Assembly (NCBI GenBank): GCA_964611995.1
Contig: CAZTCS010000001.1
Span: 61,767 to 125,766, forward strand
DNA: 64,000 nucleotides
Reading direction: 5' to 3'
Source: an uncultured Sediminibacterium sp.
GTDB lineage: Bacteria; Bacteroidota; Bacteroidia; Chitinophagales; Chitinophagaceae
Shown here piece after piece: positions 50,139 through 59,086 of the stretch. The stretch's first letter is position 1; every line of letters begins with the position of its first letter. A program made the translations under genes and the position numbers. Below the pieces are notes generated by a model. It did no database searches, was not told the DNA's origin, and worked only from the letters and a program-made list of their open reading frames with translations.

Positions 50139-50729
50139 TTAATTTCGTTTTGCCTTGTTAGCTGGTTCTTCCGTGAAGCTGATGGGTAGTCCGGCTTTCA
50201 GGTCATCCCAGAGAATAACCATCTGTGCGCCATTTTTGGTTTCTTCAAAGTACATGGTAAATGCTTCTGTGTTATCTGTATTTCTGCTGATTTCAACATC
50301 AGTTCTCAACAGGTCTTTTTTGGCATCGTAACTAAAATTTCCCCAGCAGAAATTATCCTTATTTAAGATTAGGGTCCATTTTTTCTCTGTTGGAATACAG
50401 TACAAGGTATAACGACCTTTTGGAATGCTTTTTCCATCGATTTTTACATTTTTGAAAAATTCGATTTCAGAAGCTTCATTTGCTCCAAGACGCCATAATT
50501 CATTGTATTTGATTATTCCGCCAAATATGTCACGTCCGCTTTTCAGTGGTCTGCCATAAATAACCCGGGCTACCGGAACATCTTTGGCTTTACCACTCAT
50601 TTTCAGGATGGGGTAATTAGCTGGCCAATAGCTCATATCCATAGGAGACTTGTCTAGATCGGTTGGTTTTTGTTGTGCTGAAAGACATACGGAGAAACAT
50701 AGTGAAACAAAAAATAATAAACACTTCAT
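50139..50729 (-). CDS. DUF2911 family secreted protein
   Basis: YGRP, WRLGANEA, GRYTLY. Confidence 0.85.
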   Translation of the reverse strand: MKCLLFFVSLCFSVCLSAQQKPTDLDKSPMDMSYWPANYPILKMSGKAKDVPVARVIYGRPLKSGRDIFGGIIKYNELWRLGANEASEIEFFKNVKIDGKSIPKGRYTLYCIPTEKKWTLILNKDNFCWGNFSYDAKKDLLRTDVEISRNTDNTEAFTMYFEETKNGAQMVILWDDLKAGLPISFTEEPANKAKRN

Positions 50730-50766
50730 GGAATAACGATTTTACAAAGTATAAAGTTGCTTTTTT

Positions 50767-51351
50767 TTATGCTTCTTTCAGCAAATCAAGGGCCAGTTTT
50801 TTAATATCAGGGAAAAAATTGCCATAATAGGTGCTCAAATCTGCATAATGAGCCTCAAAGAGTTCAAATGCATTGTTTTCAGGGGGAAGATATCGGGCTC
50901 TGCGTCCAATGCCATGAAAACTTTTTTCTATACCCCAGCTAAACCGATAATTATACAACCAGTTCTGTTTTTTCATGAATGGATACATCTGTGCGAATTT
51001 TTCAGGGAACAGGGATGTATAAGGATCAAGCAATTGATAAGTTTCGGCTGAAAAAGACATCCATTCTTCTGCATTATGAACTGCAGGATCGATTGCGAGG
51101 AAATGATCATACACCACATCTATAAAAGCTCCGGAATATGCACCTACGGCCGGGTACAATAAAGCTTTGGCATTTTTTGTAGCGATGTGCTGATCTGTAA
51201 ACTCGTCGATTTTACGGTGCAATCTTATGCCCTTTTGAATTTCGGGCGGGTAATCGTATTGCTTTTTGCCTTTAACAAAGTCGCTGATCATATTCCCGAC
51301 TAATACCTCTGCATTGCCAAACGATAGATAAGCATGTGCCAGGTAATTCAT
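50767..51351 (-). CDS. acpH: ACP phosphodiesterase
   Basis: MNYLAHAYLS, DFVKG, HRKIDEFTD, YDHFLA. Confidence 0.9.
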   Translation of the reverse strand: MNYLAHAYLSFGNAEVLVGNMISDFVKGKKQYDYPPEIQKGIRLHRKIDEFTDQHIATKNAKALLYPAVGAYSGAFIDVVYDHFLAIDPAVHNAEEWMSFSAETYQLLDPYTSLFPEKFAQMYPFMKKQNWLYNYRFSWGIEKSFHGIGRRARYLPPENNAFELFEAHYADLSTYYGNFFPDIKKLALDLLKEA

Positions 51352-52016
51352 GATTGTTTTCGCTTGAAAAAAAGAAAAGAATAAACGGAAGGTATGATAA
51401 CTATAATCAAGGTAATGCTAATGGTAACAATAAAAGCATTGATAAAGGACAGGATAAATGGCATTACTGCTATAAATAATCCGCCGGGTATCCAGAGTTT
51501 TGCCGCCAGCTTATGGGTAGCGGCCCAGTTTTCGTCATCTTCCAGGGTCCAGGGTAATCGAAGACCGATAAAATAATTGGGTTGAATGTTGCGCATAAAA
51601 TAGCCAATCGTTGCAAGTAATAAACCTATAGCGGGCAGTACGGTACTACCTACTCCGAATTTAGACAGACGGTTACTCATCGATAAAACAATACTTGTAC
51701 TTATCAATGAAAGAAATAGGGCGATAACCAGAGCCAGCTTTTTATGCGTTTCTGGTGAAACCCTGGCTGTTTTTTTAGGATCAATCTTATGAAGATTACT
51801 GATCAGCATATACACACCAAAACCAACTACAAAAAGAATACTTGTATGAATGAAGATATTTGATTTTGAACCATAACGGTCAACAACTCCTTCGGCATTA
51901 AAATGAATGGGTATGCTGTCGGGCAAACCGGGATAAAAAATAGCTGCCAATATAAGAGGGATGGACAAGACTATAAGTGCCAATAAGGGAGATGTAAAAA
52001 ATCGTCTCATGAGCAT
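51348..52016 (-). CDS. SdpI/DUF1648 family membrane protein
   Basis: LPDSIPIHFNAEG, PNYFIGLRLPWTL..W..TH. Confidence 0.88.
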   Translation of the reverse strand: MLMRRFFTSPLLALIVLSIPLILAAIFYPGLPDSIPIHFNAEGVVDRYGSKSNIFIHTSILFVVGFGVYMLISNLHKIDPKKTARVSPETHKKLALVIALFLSLISTSIVLSMSNRLSKFGVGSTVLPAIGLLLATIGYFMRNIQPNYFIGLRLPWTLEDDENWAATHKLAAKLWIPGGLFIAVMPFILSFINAFIVTISITLIIVIIPSVYSFLFFKRKQS

Positions 52017-52155
52017 GGTTTTCTTAAAGATACAAAACCTGGGATAATCATTTCAGCGCTTGCCACTGCTAAAAATTAACCGCATAATAACGGCTTTTAT
52101 GTTTTTTTTATGAAATCGCCTCTAATTCAATGCTGTATTGTATTACAGCCGATTA

Positions 52156-52195
52156 TTAACATGGCTTAACATAGCTTTTAACACCGCTCATAACA
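52156..52195 (+). promoter_or_regulatory. Four phased (T/A)TAACA direct repeats, candidate response-regulator sites
   Basis: TTAACA at 52156, 52166, 52178 and ATAACA at 52190. Confidence 0.4.
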
Positions 52196-52315
52196 ATCAA
52201 CCTGAAAGTCAACCTACTTAATCACAATTCATAAAACAGGGTGAAAGACATTTTTACTTTTGGATTGTCATTGGAAACAAATAACTCAAAATACAATCAC
52301 TCAAAAAAGACCATT

Positions 52316-52753
52316 ATGAAAAAGTTTATTCTAGCCACACTTATCACAGTTGCAATTGGTAGCAGCGCTTTAGCAGCAGATGTTAGCAAAGTAAGTTTTC
52401 GCGTATTAAATGCTTTTGAAGCACAGTATGCGGATGCAAAAGATGTTAACTGGACAGTTACCCCTGATTACACGAAGGTTAAATTTACCATTGAAGGCCA
52501 AAGCGTTGAAGCGTTTTACAGCAACACTGGTGATGTAATCGGCACGTCAAGAAAAACAGAATTTGAGCGTCTGCCTTTACTTGCTATTCAGAAAATCAAA
52601 AAAAATTACAGCAAATTCACTGTTACAGAAGCAATTGAATTTGAACTGAAAGACGAAAGAAAATATTATGTATCCATTGAAAATGGTACAGACAGAAAAA
52701 TCCTGGAAGTATCTATGTATGGACAGGTAAGCGTATTCGAAAAGAAGAATTAA
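52316..52753 (+). CDS. Secreted PepSY/BLIP-like protein
   Basis: Signal peptide MKKFILA, F...YADAKDVNW and LPL.AIQKIKKNY repeats. Start ATG 52316. Confidence 0.75.
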   Translation: MKKFILATLITVAIGSSALAADVSKVSFRVLNAFEAQYADAKDVNWTVTPDYTKVKFTIEGQSVEAFYSNTGDVIGTSRKTEFERLPLLAIQKIKKNYSKFTVTEAIEFELKDERKYYVSIENGTDRKILEVSMYGQVSVFEKKN

Positions 52754-52777
52754 GTTGGTGTTTGGTTAATCTGAAAG

Positions 52778-52809
52778 GTCCCCGGTAGAAGCAGCTACCG
52801 GGGCTTTTT
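52778..52809 (+). terminator. Intrinsic terminator overlapping the convergent gene's stop codon
   Basis: CCCCGGTAG-AAGCAG-CTACCGGGG followed by CTTTTT. Confidence 0.85.
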
Positions 52810-53574
52810 ATTTACAAAAGATTGCATACTGATAAACTCTCCCTCCAGCTTCAAGGTTTGAATTGTTTTATGGAGTCGCTCAAGTAAATATCCATCGCAC
52901 CAGCGCCTTGTAAATAATGGCAATCCATAGTTTTCGATCGGTATAAATTCCCATGGATGAAAATAAAGACAGATATAACCGTCTTTTTTTAAGGTTTGAA
53001 TAGCCAGGGTTTTAAATAGCTGCCAGGGCATATTTTTGAAAGTGAGCCAGAATAAAGGGATGCGTAAATTGGGTGAAACAGATGCAGGAACCCGGGTTAT
53101 GCCCGCTTCTGTATAGGTTATACGAGGCAGGTGTAAATTGTTATATCTTCCAGGTAACCAGGTTGGGTTAATGGAGGAGTCGTATGTATAACCTGCAGCT
53201 TTTACTGCTTCCATTTCAACTTTCCGCATCCTGGGCATTCTCAGACCTGTGACGGATTTTCCGGTAATTGATTCCAGTTTTTGTTTTGAATGTAATAAAT
53301 CTGGTTCCGAAAAACTTGAGTGATAATAGGTGTGCGAAGCTATTTCATGTTGCTCGGCAAGTTCTTTTATTGCATCGGGAAAAGCAGATGCAAAATTTGC
53401 CGTAGTAAAAAGGGTCGTTTCAATTGATTTATCCGTTAAAATTGAACTTAGACTGTCTAATCCTTTTTTACCCATATTGAGTTGTTCATCTTCTGGTATT
53501 GCATGTCCATATTCAAGGGGCATATCAAATTCTTCCACATCAAAACTCAATAAAATAAATCTGCTAGAATTCAT
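52795..53574 (-). CDS. Polysaccharide deacetylase (CE4/NodB-like)
   Basis: LSFDVEEF, HEIASHTYYH, RMP, YDSS, YFHPWE. Confidence 0.9.
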   Translation of the reverse strand: MNSSRFILLSFDVEEFDMPLEYGHAIPEDEQLNMGKKGLDSLSSILTDKSIETTLFTTANFASAFPDAIKELAEQHEIASHTYYHSSFSEPDLLHSKQKLESITGKSVTGLRMPRMRKVEMEAVKAAGYTYDSSINPTWLPGRYNNLHLPRITYTEAGITRVPASVSPNLRIPLFWLTFKNMPWQLFKTLAIQTLKKDGYICLYFHPWEFIPIENYGLPLFTRRWCDGYLLERLHKTIQTLKLEGEFISMQSFVNKKPR

Positions 53575-54500
53575 AGGTTCGACTCTCTAATAATATAATG
53601 TGGCCTGTTTTTGCTCTGCATAAATAACTTGCCAAGATATAATCCAATAATACCGAGGATCATTAGCTGTAGTCCTCCAAAAAATGCAATGGTTGCAATG
53701 AGTGAGGTCCAGCCCGAAATAGTTTTCTCAAAGAAATAGCTATACACAATATAAGGAACATACAGCAGGGATAACATCGAGAACGCAAATCCAAGGTATG
53801 CGGCTATATAAAGAGGTTTAGTGCTAAAGGATGTTATCCCTTGCAATGCAAACCGCACCATTTTCTTAACGGTATATTTTGATTGACCATTTTGTCTTAT
53901 ACCGGGTGTATAGGAAATGGCAACCTGACTAAATCCTACCCATCTTGACAACCCCCTCAGGAAAAGATCATTTTCATTGAAATTGCGGAAAGTAGGCAAT
54001 ACCTTTTTATCCAGCAATCTGAAATCTGCCGCACCGGGGTCAAGTTCAATGTCTGATACCTTATTCAGCAAGTCGTAGAATAAGGCAGAAGTTTTCTTTT
54101 TAAATAAGGGAGTTTTGGAATCGTCTTGTCTTGTGGTATATACCACTTCGAATCCCGATTCCCACTTATCGATCATAACAGGAATTAATTCTGGCGGATG
54201 TTGTAGGTCTCCATCCATCATGATAACAGCATCCGCTGAATCAGTAACAGAATCAATACCGGCTTTTAAAGCGTTCTGGTGTCCGAAATTTCGGGAGAGT
54301 GAAATATAAAATAAGTGTTTGTCAACTGCTGCTAAAGATTTTAAAAGTTCAGCTGAATTATCTGAACTTCCATCATCAACAAAAGTAATGGTATAATCAT
54401 AGGCTGTTGGTTCCATCACTTTTTTAACAGCATCTATAACCGCCGGTATATTACCTGCTTCATTGCATACCGGTATTACAATGCTAATTTGCTTTTTCAT
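53571..54500 (-). CDS. GT2 polyprenol-phosphate glycosyltransferase (ArnC/GtrB-like)
   Basis: VDDGSSD, SRNFGHQNAL, MDGDLQHPPE, ADFRLLD, two C-terminal TMs, RPHYII. Confidence 0.92.
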   Translation of the reverse strand: MKKQISIVIPVCNEAGNIPAVIDAVKKVMEPTAYDYTITFVDDGSSDNSAELLKSLAAVDKHLFYISLSRNFGHQNALKAGIDSVTDSADAVIMMDGDLQHPPELIPVMIDKWESGFEVVYTTRQDDSKTPLFKKKTSALFYDLLNKVSDIELDPGAADFRLLDKKVLPTFRNFNENDLFLRGLSRWVGFSQVAISYTPGIRQNGQSKYTVKKMVRFALQGITSFSTKPLYIAAYLGFAFSMLSLLYVPYIVYSYFFEKTISGWTSLIATIAFFGGLQLMILGIIGLYLGKLFMQSKNRPHYIIRESNL

Positions 54501-55690
54501 AGTGTATTAGCATTTTGGGTTGGAATGAATTTTTTGAATGTGAGCTCTTTTATCATCAACAACCAGATAATAAAACAAGGAAGTGCTTTCATAGCATACT
54601 TAACAAAAAAGCCATCCCGTATACTTTTCGGAAACAGGTCTGTAGGAGATAGTATGGTAAAGAGAAAAAGCAGGATTAACAGTAGTGCTTCTTTTTTATT
54701 GAGTGGTAATTTCTGTGAAAACCAGATTGCTATCCCGGTTAGGGCAATTATATAGGTTGGTGATTCTGCAGATGAGCTGAAAATCACAACAGTCACCAAA
54801 AGCATGCAGTAATAAGTAAGGGAAAACTCTTTTACAGCAAATAACTTATACCTGCTGAGTGGTGCCAGTAACATTAAGGCAGCAGGAACGATAATGGCAA
54901 AATTGGGTAGGTTCTGCAAATTGAAAATTCTTCTGATCATCCCACCAACAGAAATATCCTGCATGCCAGATCTTACTGATATATCAATATTAGTTCCATT
55001 TTTCTCCACTAATGAATGAAACCAGTCTTTATATGATTGAATGATAAATTCAGGAGAAGATATCAGCATAGGAAGTACAGCAAGTAATAATAACCACCCT
55101 ATAAAAGAAAGTACAAATGTTTTCTTCTTACTGGTAAACAGGAAAAGAACCAATCCAACGATACTGTAAAGCTTTATCAAAAATCCTGCAGCAAGTAAAA
55201 AAGTTGCTGGAATCGGTTTGTTTTCTTTTATTAAAACATAAGCAAGCAGCATAGAACCTGCAAGCATTGGATTAAACTGTACACTATGTGTTGAAGTCAT
55301 TAGTTCAATGCATGCAATAAGCAGAATGGTATAAAATTGATTTGTAGGGAGGTTTAATCTCCTGATTGCATAAAATAGCACCCAGGCATTAACGAGGCAC
55401 CAAATGGCACAGCCAAGGTAAATTGGAACCCAGGTGAATGGAGCAATCAGTAAACTGAATAAGGGACCATAATGATTACTGTCGGCATATTCGGTGGGGT
55501 ATAGCAGGTATAAGTTAACCTGTTGCAGTGTATGTTCATATACACCCTTGTAAATAAGAAAATTGTTAATTTCTCCATACCCTCTGCTTATTTCTAATAA
55601 TGCAGCAATAAGGGTTGTACCAAACCATACAACCACAGGCAAGCCAATCGATAGCCTACCGATTGTTTTTTCGGAGTAGAGAATTTTCAT
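54497..55690 (-). CDS. GT87 / DUF2029 membrane glycosyltransferase (GT-C)
   Basis: NNFLIY, LYLLYP..Y.D.NHYGPLF, QFNP, IKLY, SSSAESPTY, multi-TM. Confidence 0.82.
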   Translation of the reverse strand: MKILYSEKTIGRLSIGLPVVVWFGTTLIAALLEISRGYGEINNFLIYKGVYEHTLQQVNLYLLYPTEYADSNHYGPLFSLLIAPFTWVPIYLGCAIWCLVNAWVLFYAIRRLNLPTNQFYTILLIACIELMTSTHSVQFNPMLAGSMLLAYVLIKENKPIPATFLLAAGFLIKLYSIVGLVLFLFTSKKKTFVLSFIGWLLLLAVLPMLISSPEFIIQSYKDWFHSLVEKNGTNIDISVRSGMQDISVGGMIRRIFNLQNLPNFAIIVPAALMLLAPLSRYKLFAVKEFSLTYYCMLLVTVVIFSSSAESPTYIIALTGIAIWFSQKLPLNKKEALLLILLFLFTILSPTDLFPKSIRDGFFVKYAMKALPCFIIWLLMIKELTFKKFIPTQNANTL

Positions 55691-55878
55691 GCAGGTAGCA
55701 CAAGGATATAAATTTTGACGCTACTTCGAGATTAAAATGAGATTAGAAACGGCGCATAAACATTTGAAAATCTTGCATATATGAAGGTTAGACCTTTTGA
55801 ATATCCCCCATTAACATAAGGGTAAACGGGGGAGAATATCTTAAAAAAAGTACCTTTGCACCCTTTAACTGAATAATT

Positions 55879-56853
55879 ATGAATAAAGGGCCTGTTTCTC
55901 AGTTTATTTTACATCATTACCGCCATTTCAATGCTGCTGCATTGGTGGATGCTGCCAAAGGGTATGAAACTCATTTAATGGAAGGTGGTAAAATGCTGGT
56001 TAGTCTGGCAGGTGCCATGAGTACCGCAGAGTTGGGTATCAGCCTGGCAGAAATGATTCGCCAGGATAAAGTGGCCATCATAAGTTGTACGGGTGCTAAC
56101 CTGGAAGAGGATGTAATGAATCTTGTTGCGCACAGCCATTATAAGCGTGTACCTAATTACCGTGACCTCACCCCGCAAGATGAATGGGATTTGCTCGAAA
56201 ATCACTATAACCGTGTTACCGATACCTGTATTCCGGAAGAAGAGGCTTTCCGCCGCCTTCAGAAGCATTTGGTAAAACAATGGAAAGACGCTGAGGCAAA
56301 AGGAGAAAGATATTTTCCGCATGAGTTTTTATACAAAACGGTATTAAGCGGTGAGTTGGAACAGTATTATGAAATTGATCCAAAGAATAGCTGGATTGTA
56401 GCTGCTGCTGAAAAAAATATTCCAATAGTAGTCCCGGGTTGGGAAGACAGTACTACCGGAAATATTTTCGCCAGTTATGTAATCAAGAATGAACTTAAAG
56501 CAAGTACGGTAAAGAACGGTATTGAATATATGGTTTGGCTTGCTGACTGGTATCGCGCAAATAGTGGTGGTAAGGGTGTGGGTTTCTTCCAGATTGGTGG
56601 TGGTATTGCCGGAGATTTCCCTATATGTGTTGTTCCAATGATGTACCAGGATCTCGAATGGCATGATGTTCCTTTCTGGAGCTATTTCTGCCAAATCAGT
56701 GATTCAACCACTTCTTATGGTTCATATTCAGGTGCAGTACCTAATGAAAAAATTACCTGGGGTAAACTTGACATAAATACGCCAAAATATATTGTTGAAA
56801 GTGATGCTACGATTGTAGCGCCATTGATTTTTGCCTATTTGTTAGGCTGGTAA
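55879..56853 (+). CDS. Deoxyhypusine synthase-like protein (probable homospermidine synthase)
   Basis: HFNAAAL, LAGAMST, TGANLEED, IGGGIAGDF, SYSGAVPNEKITWGK. Confidence 0.9.
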   Translation: MNKGPVSQFILHHYRHFNAAALVDAAKGYETHLMEGGKMLVSLAGAMSTAELGISLAEMIRQDKVAIISCTGANLEEDVMNLVAHSHYKRVPNYRDLTPQDEWDLLENHYNRVTDTCIPEEEAFRRLQKHLVKQWKDAEAKGERYFPHEFLYKTVLSGELEQYYEIDPKNSWIVAAAEKNIPIVVPGWEDSTTGNIFASYVIKNELKASTVKNGIEYMVWLADWYRANSGGKGVGFFQIGGGIAGDFPICVVPMMYQDLEWHDVPFWSYFCQISDSTTSYGSYSGAVPNEKITWGKLDINTPKYIVESDATIVAPLIFAYLLGW

Positions 56854-56871
56854 CCAAACTACTCAATTTCT

Positions 56872-56959
56872 CTCTGCGCAAGCTTTGCGTTCTTCTTTCT
56901 CAGCGGTGAACAACTCGAGCATTCACCGCTGAGAAAGGAGAGGCAGAGTTTACGCAGAG
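56872..56959. repeat. REP-like inverted pair, CTCTGCG/GCGGTGAA family
   Basis: CTCTGCGCAAGCTTTGCGTTCTTCTTTCTCAGCGGTGAA ... TTCACCGCTGAGAAAGGAGAGGCAGAGTTTACGCAGAG. Confidence 0.85.
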
Positions 56960-56966
56960 GTAAAAT

Positions 56967-57001
56967 AAAAACGTCCCGATAAAAAATATCAGGACGTTTT
57001 T
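56967..57001. terminator. Bidirectional intrinsic terminator
   Basis: AAAAACGTCC ... GGACGTTTTT between convergent genes. Confidence 0.8.
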
Positions 57002-57021
57002 ATTTATGGCGGATAATTTAA

Positions 57022-58533
57022 TTATCTCGGAGGCATATTCAATGGAATATCGCGTTTGAGCATTGTATCCTTATTAGCAATTACCCAAGCAGTGTGGTAA
57101 ATTAACCTTGCTCTTTTCTCCATTACATCAAAGTTGATTTTTTCAACTGTATCTGTAGGGCGGTGGTAATCGCGGTGTGTACCGTTGAAATAGAAGATAA
57201 CAGGAACACCTTTAGCAGCAAAATTAAAGTGGTCGCTTCTGTAATAGAAACGGTTAGGATCTTTAGGATCATTGAACCTTCTATCCAGCTCCATATTGCT
57301 GTATTTCTTGTTTACTTCATCAGTAATTGGTTTTAAGTCACTGCTTAATTTATCGTCACCGATAACATAAACATAGTTCATAGAGTCGCCTTTGTAGGTT
57401 GGATCAATTCTTCCAACCATATCAATATTCAGGTCAACAGAAGTTTTTTCCAATGGGAAAATCGGGTGCTCAGAATAGTAGCGAGATCCTAATAATCCTT
57501 TTTCTTCACCTGAAACATTCATAAACACCATCGTTCTGCGAGGACCATCACCTTTTTTCTTTGCAGCAGCAAAAGCTTCGGCGATTTCCAATACACTAAC
57601 GGTACCAGAACCATCATCATCAGCGCCATAATAAATCTGGCCGTTAATAATACCTTCATGATCATAGTGGCTGGTAATGAAAACGTATTCATCTGCTTTA
57701 TCTGTACCAGGTAAAACGGCAATTACGTTCGTGCTTTCCAGCTCATTTACCTTTTTTTCAGCGTTGATTTTTAATTCTGAACGATAAACGCCTTTATTCA
57801 AAGCGGCCATTTGGTCAATGGTAAGTTTAGACATACGTCCTAATAATGCACTTGCCACGTCTTCAGAAATTGTGATTGCTGAAGCAGGTTCTGTAGTTGG
57901 CTTAGTGAGCGACATATTACCTTTTGTCTGGCTGGGGTTTGTCCTCGGGAATGCTTTTGAAACAACCAGTATACCAGCTACATTTTTACTTCTTGCTGTA
58001 GCCATTTTAGCAAAAATTGATCCTGCACCCCTTGGATTCGCATTTCCTGTACCACCGGGCATACCATCGAGTACTAAAACAATTTTACCTTTTACATCGA
58101 GGTTATCATAATCATTACGCGTAGAGTCACTGATACCATATCCTGCAAAAACAACTTCAGTATAGGTATTGTTACCTCCTGCAATTGCGCCTACAGAAGC
58201 AGCATAGTCTTTATCAGCAACAAAAGGACGACCATTTACCGATAATGAGCTACTTACCAATTCGAGTTGGTATAATGGGTAAGCCGCCTGGTAGCTGTTT
58301 CCATTTCCTGGTTTTAATCCCATTTTTTTATACTCTGCTTCCAGGTAAGCTGCAGCTTTACGCTGGCCTTCCATAGCAGTTTCACGGCCTTCCATTTCAG
58401 GACCGGCAACAATAGTAAGGTGTTTTTTCAGATCACCCATGGTAATACCCTTGGCATAAGTTGCAGGGTCACCCTTTTGTGCAATACCTATTGTCGACGA
58501 CAACAGGAGCGCAGATAGTACAATAATTCGCAT
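57022..58533 (-). CDS. M28 family peptidase with PA domain
   Basis: SHYDHEG, GADDDGSG, GEEKGLLGS, NIDMVGR, RSDH, YHRPTD. Start ATG 58533. Confidence 0.92.
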   Translation of the reverse strand: MRIIVLSALLLSSTIGIAQKGDPATYAKGITMGDLKKHLTIVAGPEMEGRETAMEGQRKAAAYLEAEYKKMGLKPGNGNSYQAAYPLYQLELVSSSLSVNGRPFVADKDYAASVGAIAGGNNTYTEVVFAGYGISDSTRNDYDNLDVKGKIVLVLDGMPGGTGNANPRGAGSIFAKMATARSKNVAGILVVSKAFPRTNPSQTKGNMSLTKPTTEPASAITISEDVASALLGRMSKLTIDQMAALNKGVYRSELKINAEKKVNELESTNVIAVLPGTDKADEYVFITSHYDHEGIINGQIYYGADDDGSGTVSVLEIAEAFAAAKKKGDGPRRTMVFMNVSGEEKGLLGSRYYSEHPIFPLEKTSVDLNIDMVGRIDPTYKGDSMNYVYVIGDDKLSSDLKPITDEVNKKYSNMELDRRFNDPKDPNRFYYRSDHFNFAAKGVPVIFYFNGTHRDYHRPTDTVEKINFDVMEKRARLIYHTAWVIANKDTMLKRDIPLNMPPR

Positions 58534-58555
58534 AGTTATTAGTGGTGTTTTAAGA

Positions 58556-59011
58556 TTATGAACAAGCAATTTTTCCAACTCGGGTAGCATGGCGCCCGCC
58601 TTCAAAAGCGGTACTCATAAAAACTTCAATCATTTGTTGTGCCAGTGCTAAAGCTACAAATCTCGCAGGAATGCAAATAATATTCGCATCATTATGCATT
58701 CTGATCAGGGAAGCTACATCATTTTGCCAGGCAAGTCCGGCGCGGATTTGTTGGTGTTTATTAGCTGTAATAGCTACACCATTGGCGCTTCCGCAAAAAA
58801 GGATACCAAATGCCGCTTCTCCACTTTCAACACTGCTGGCAGTAGGGTGCGCAAAATCAGGATAGTCAACAGAATCGAGTGAGGGGGCTCCAAAATCTTT
58901 TACCGTATAGCCCTTACTGATAAGCCAATGTTTAATAGCTTCTTTATATTCAAAACCTGCATGATCTGAGCCGATCGCTATAGGTTTCGACGCATCAAAA
59001 ACATAATTCAT
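58556..59011 (-). CDS. rpiB: Ribose-5-phosphate isomerase B
   Basis: IGSDHAG, DYPDFA, CGSANG, HNDAN, FEGGRH. Confidence 0.95.
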   Translation of the reverse strand: MNYVFDASKPIAIGSDHAGFEYKEAIKHWLISKGYTVKDFGAPSLDSVDYPDFAHPTASSVESGEAAFGILFCGSANGVAITANKHQQIRAGLAWQNDVASLIRMHNDANIICIPARFVALALAQQMIEVFMSTAFEGGRHATRVGKIACS

Positions 59012-59086
59012 GTGTGAGAATTGAGGGATGAAATTAAAGGATTCGTGCAAGAGCCGTATAAAAAATATTTAAACGGACTAATCAAA

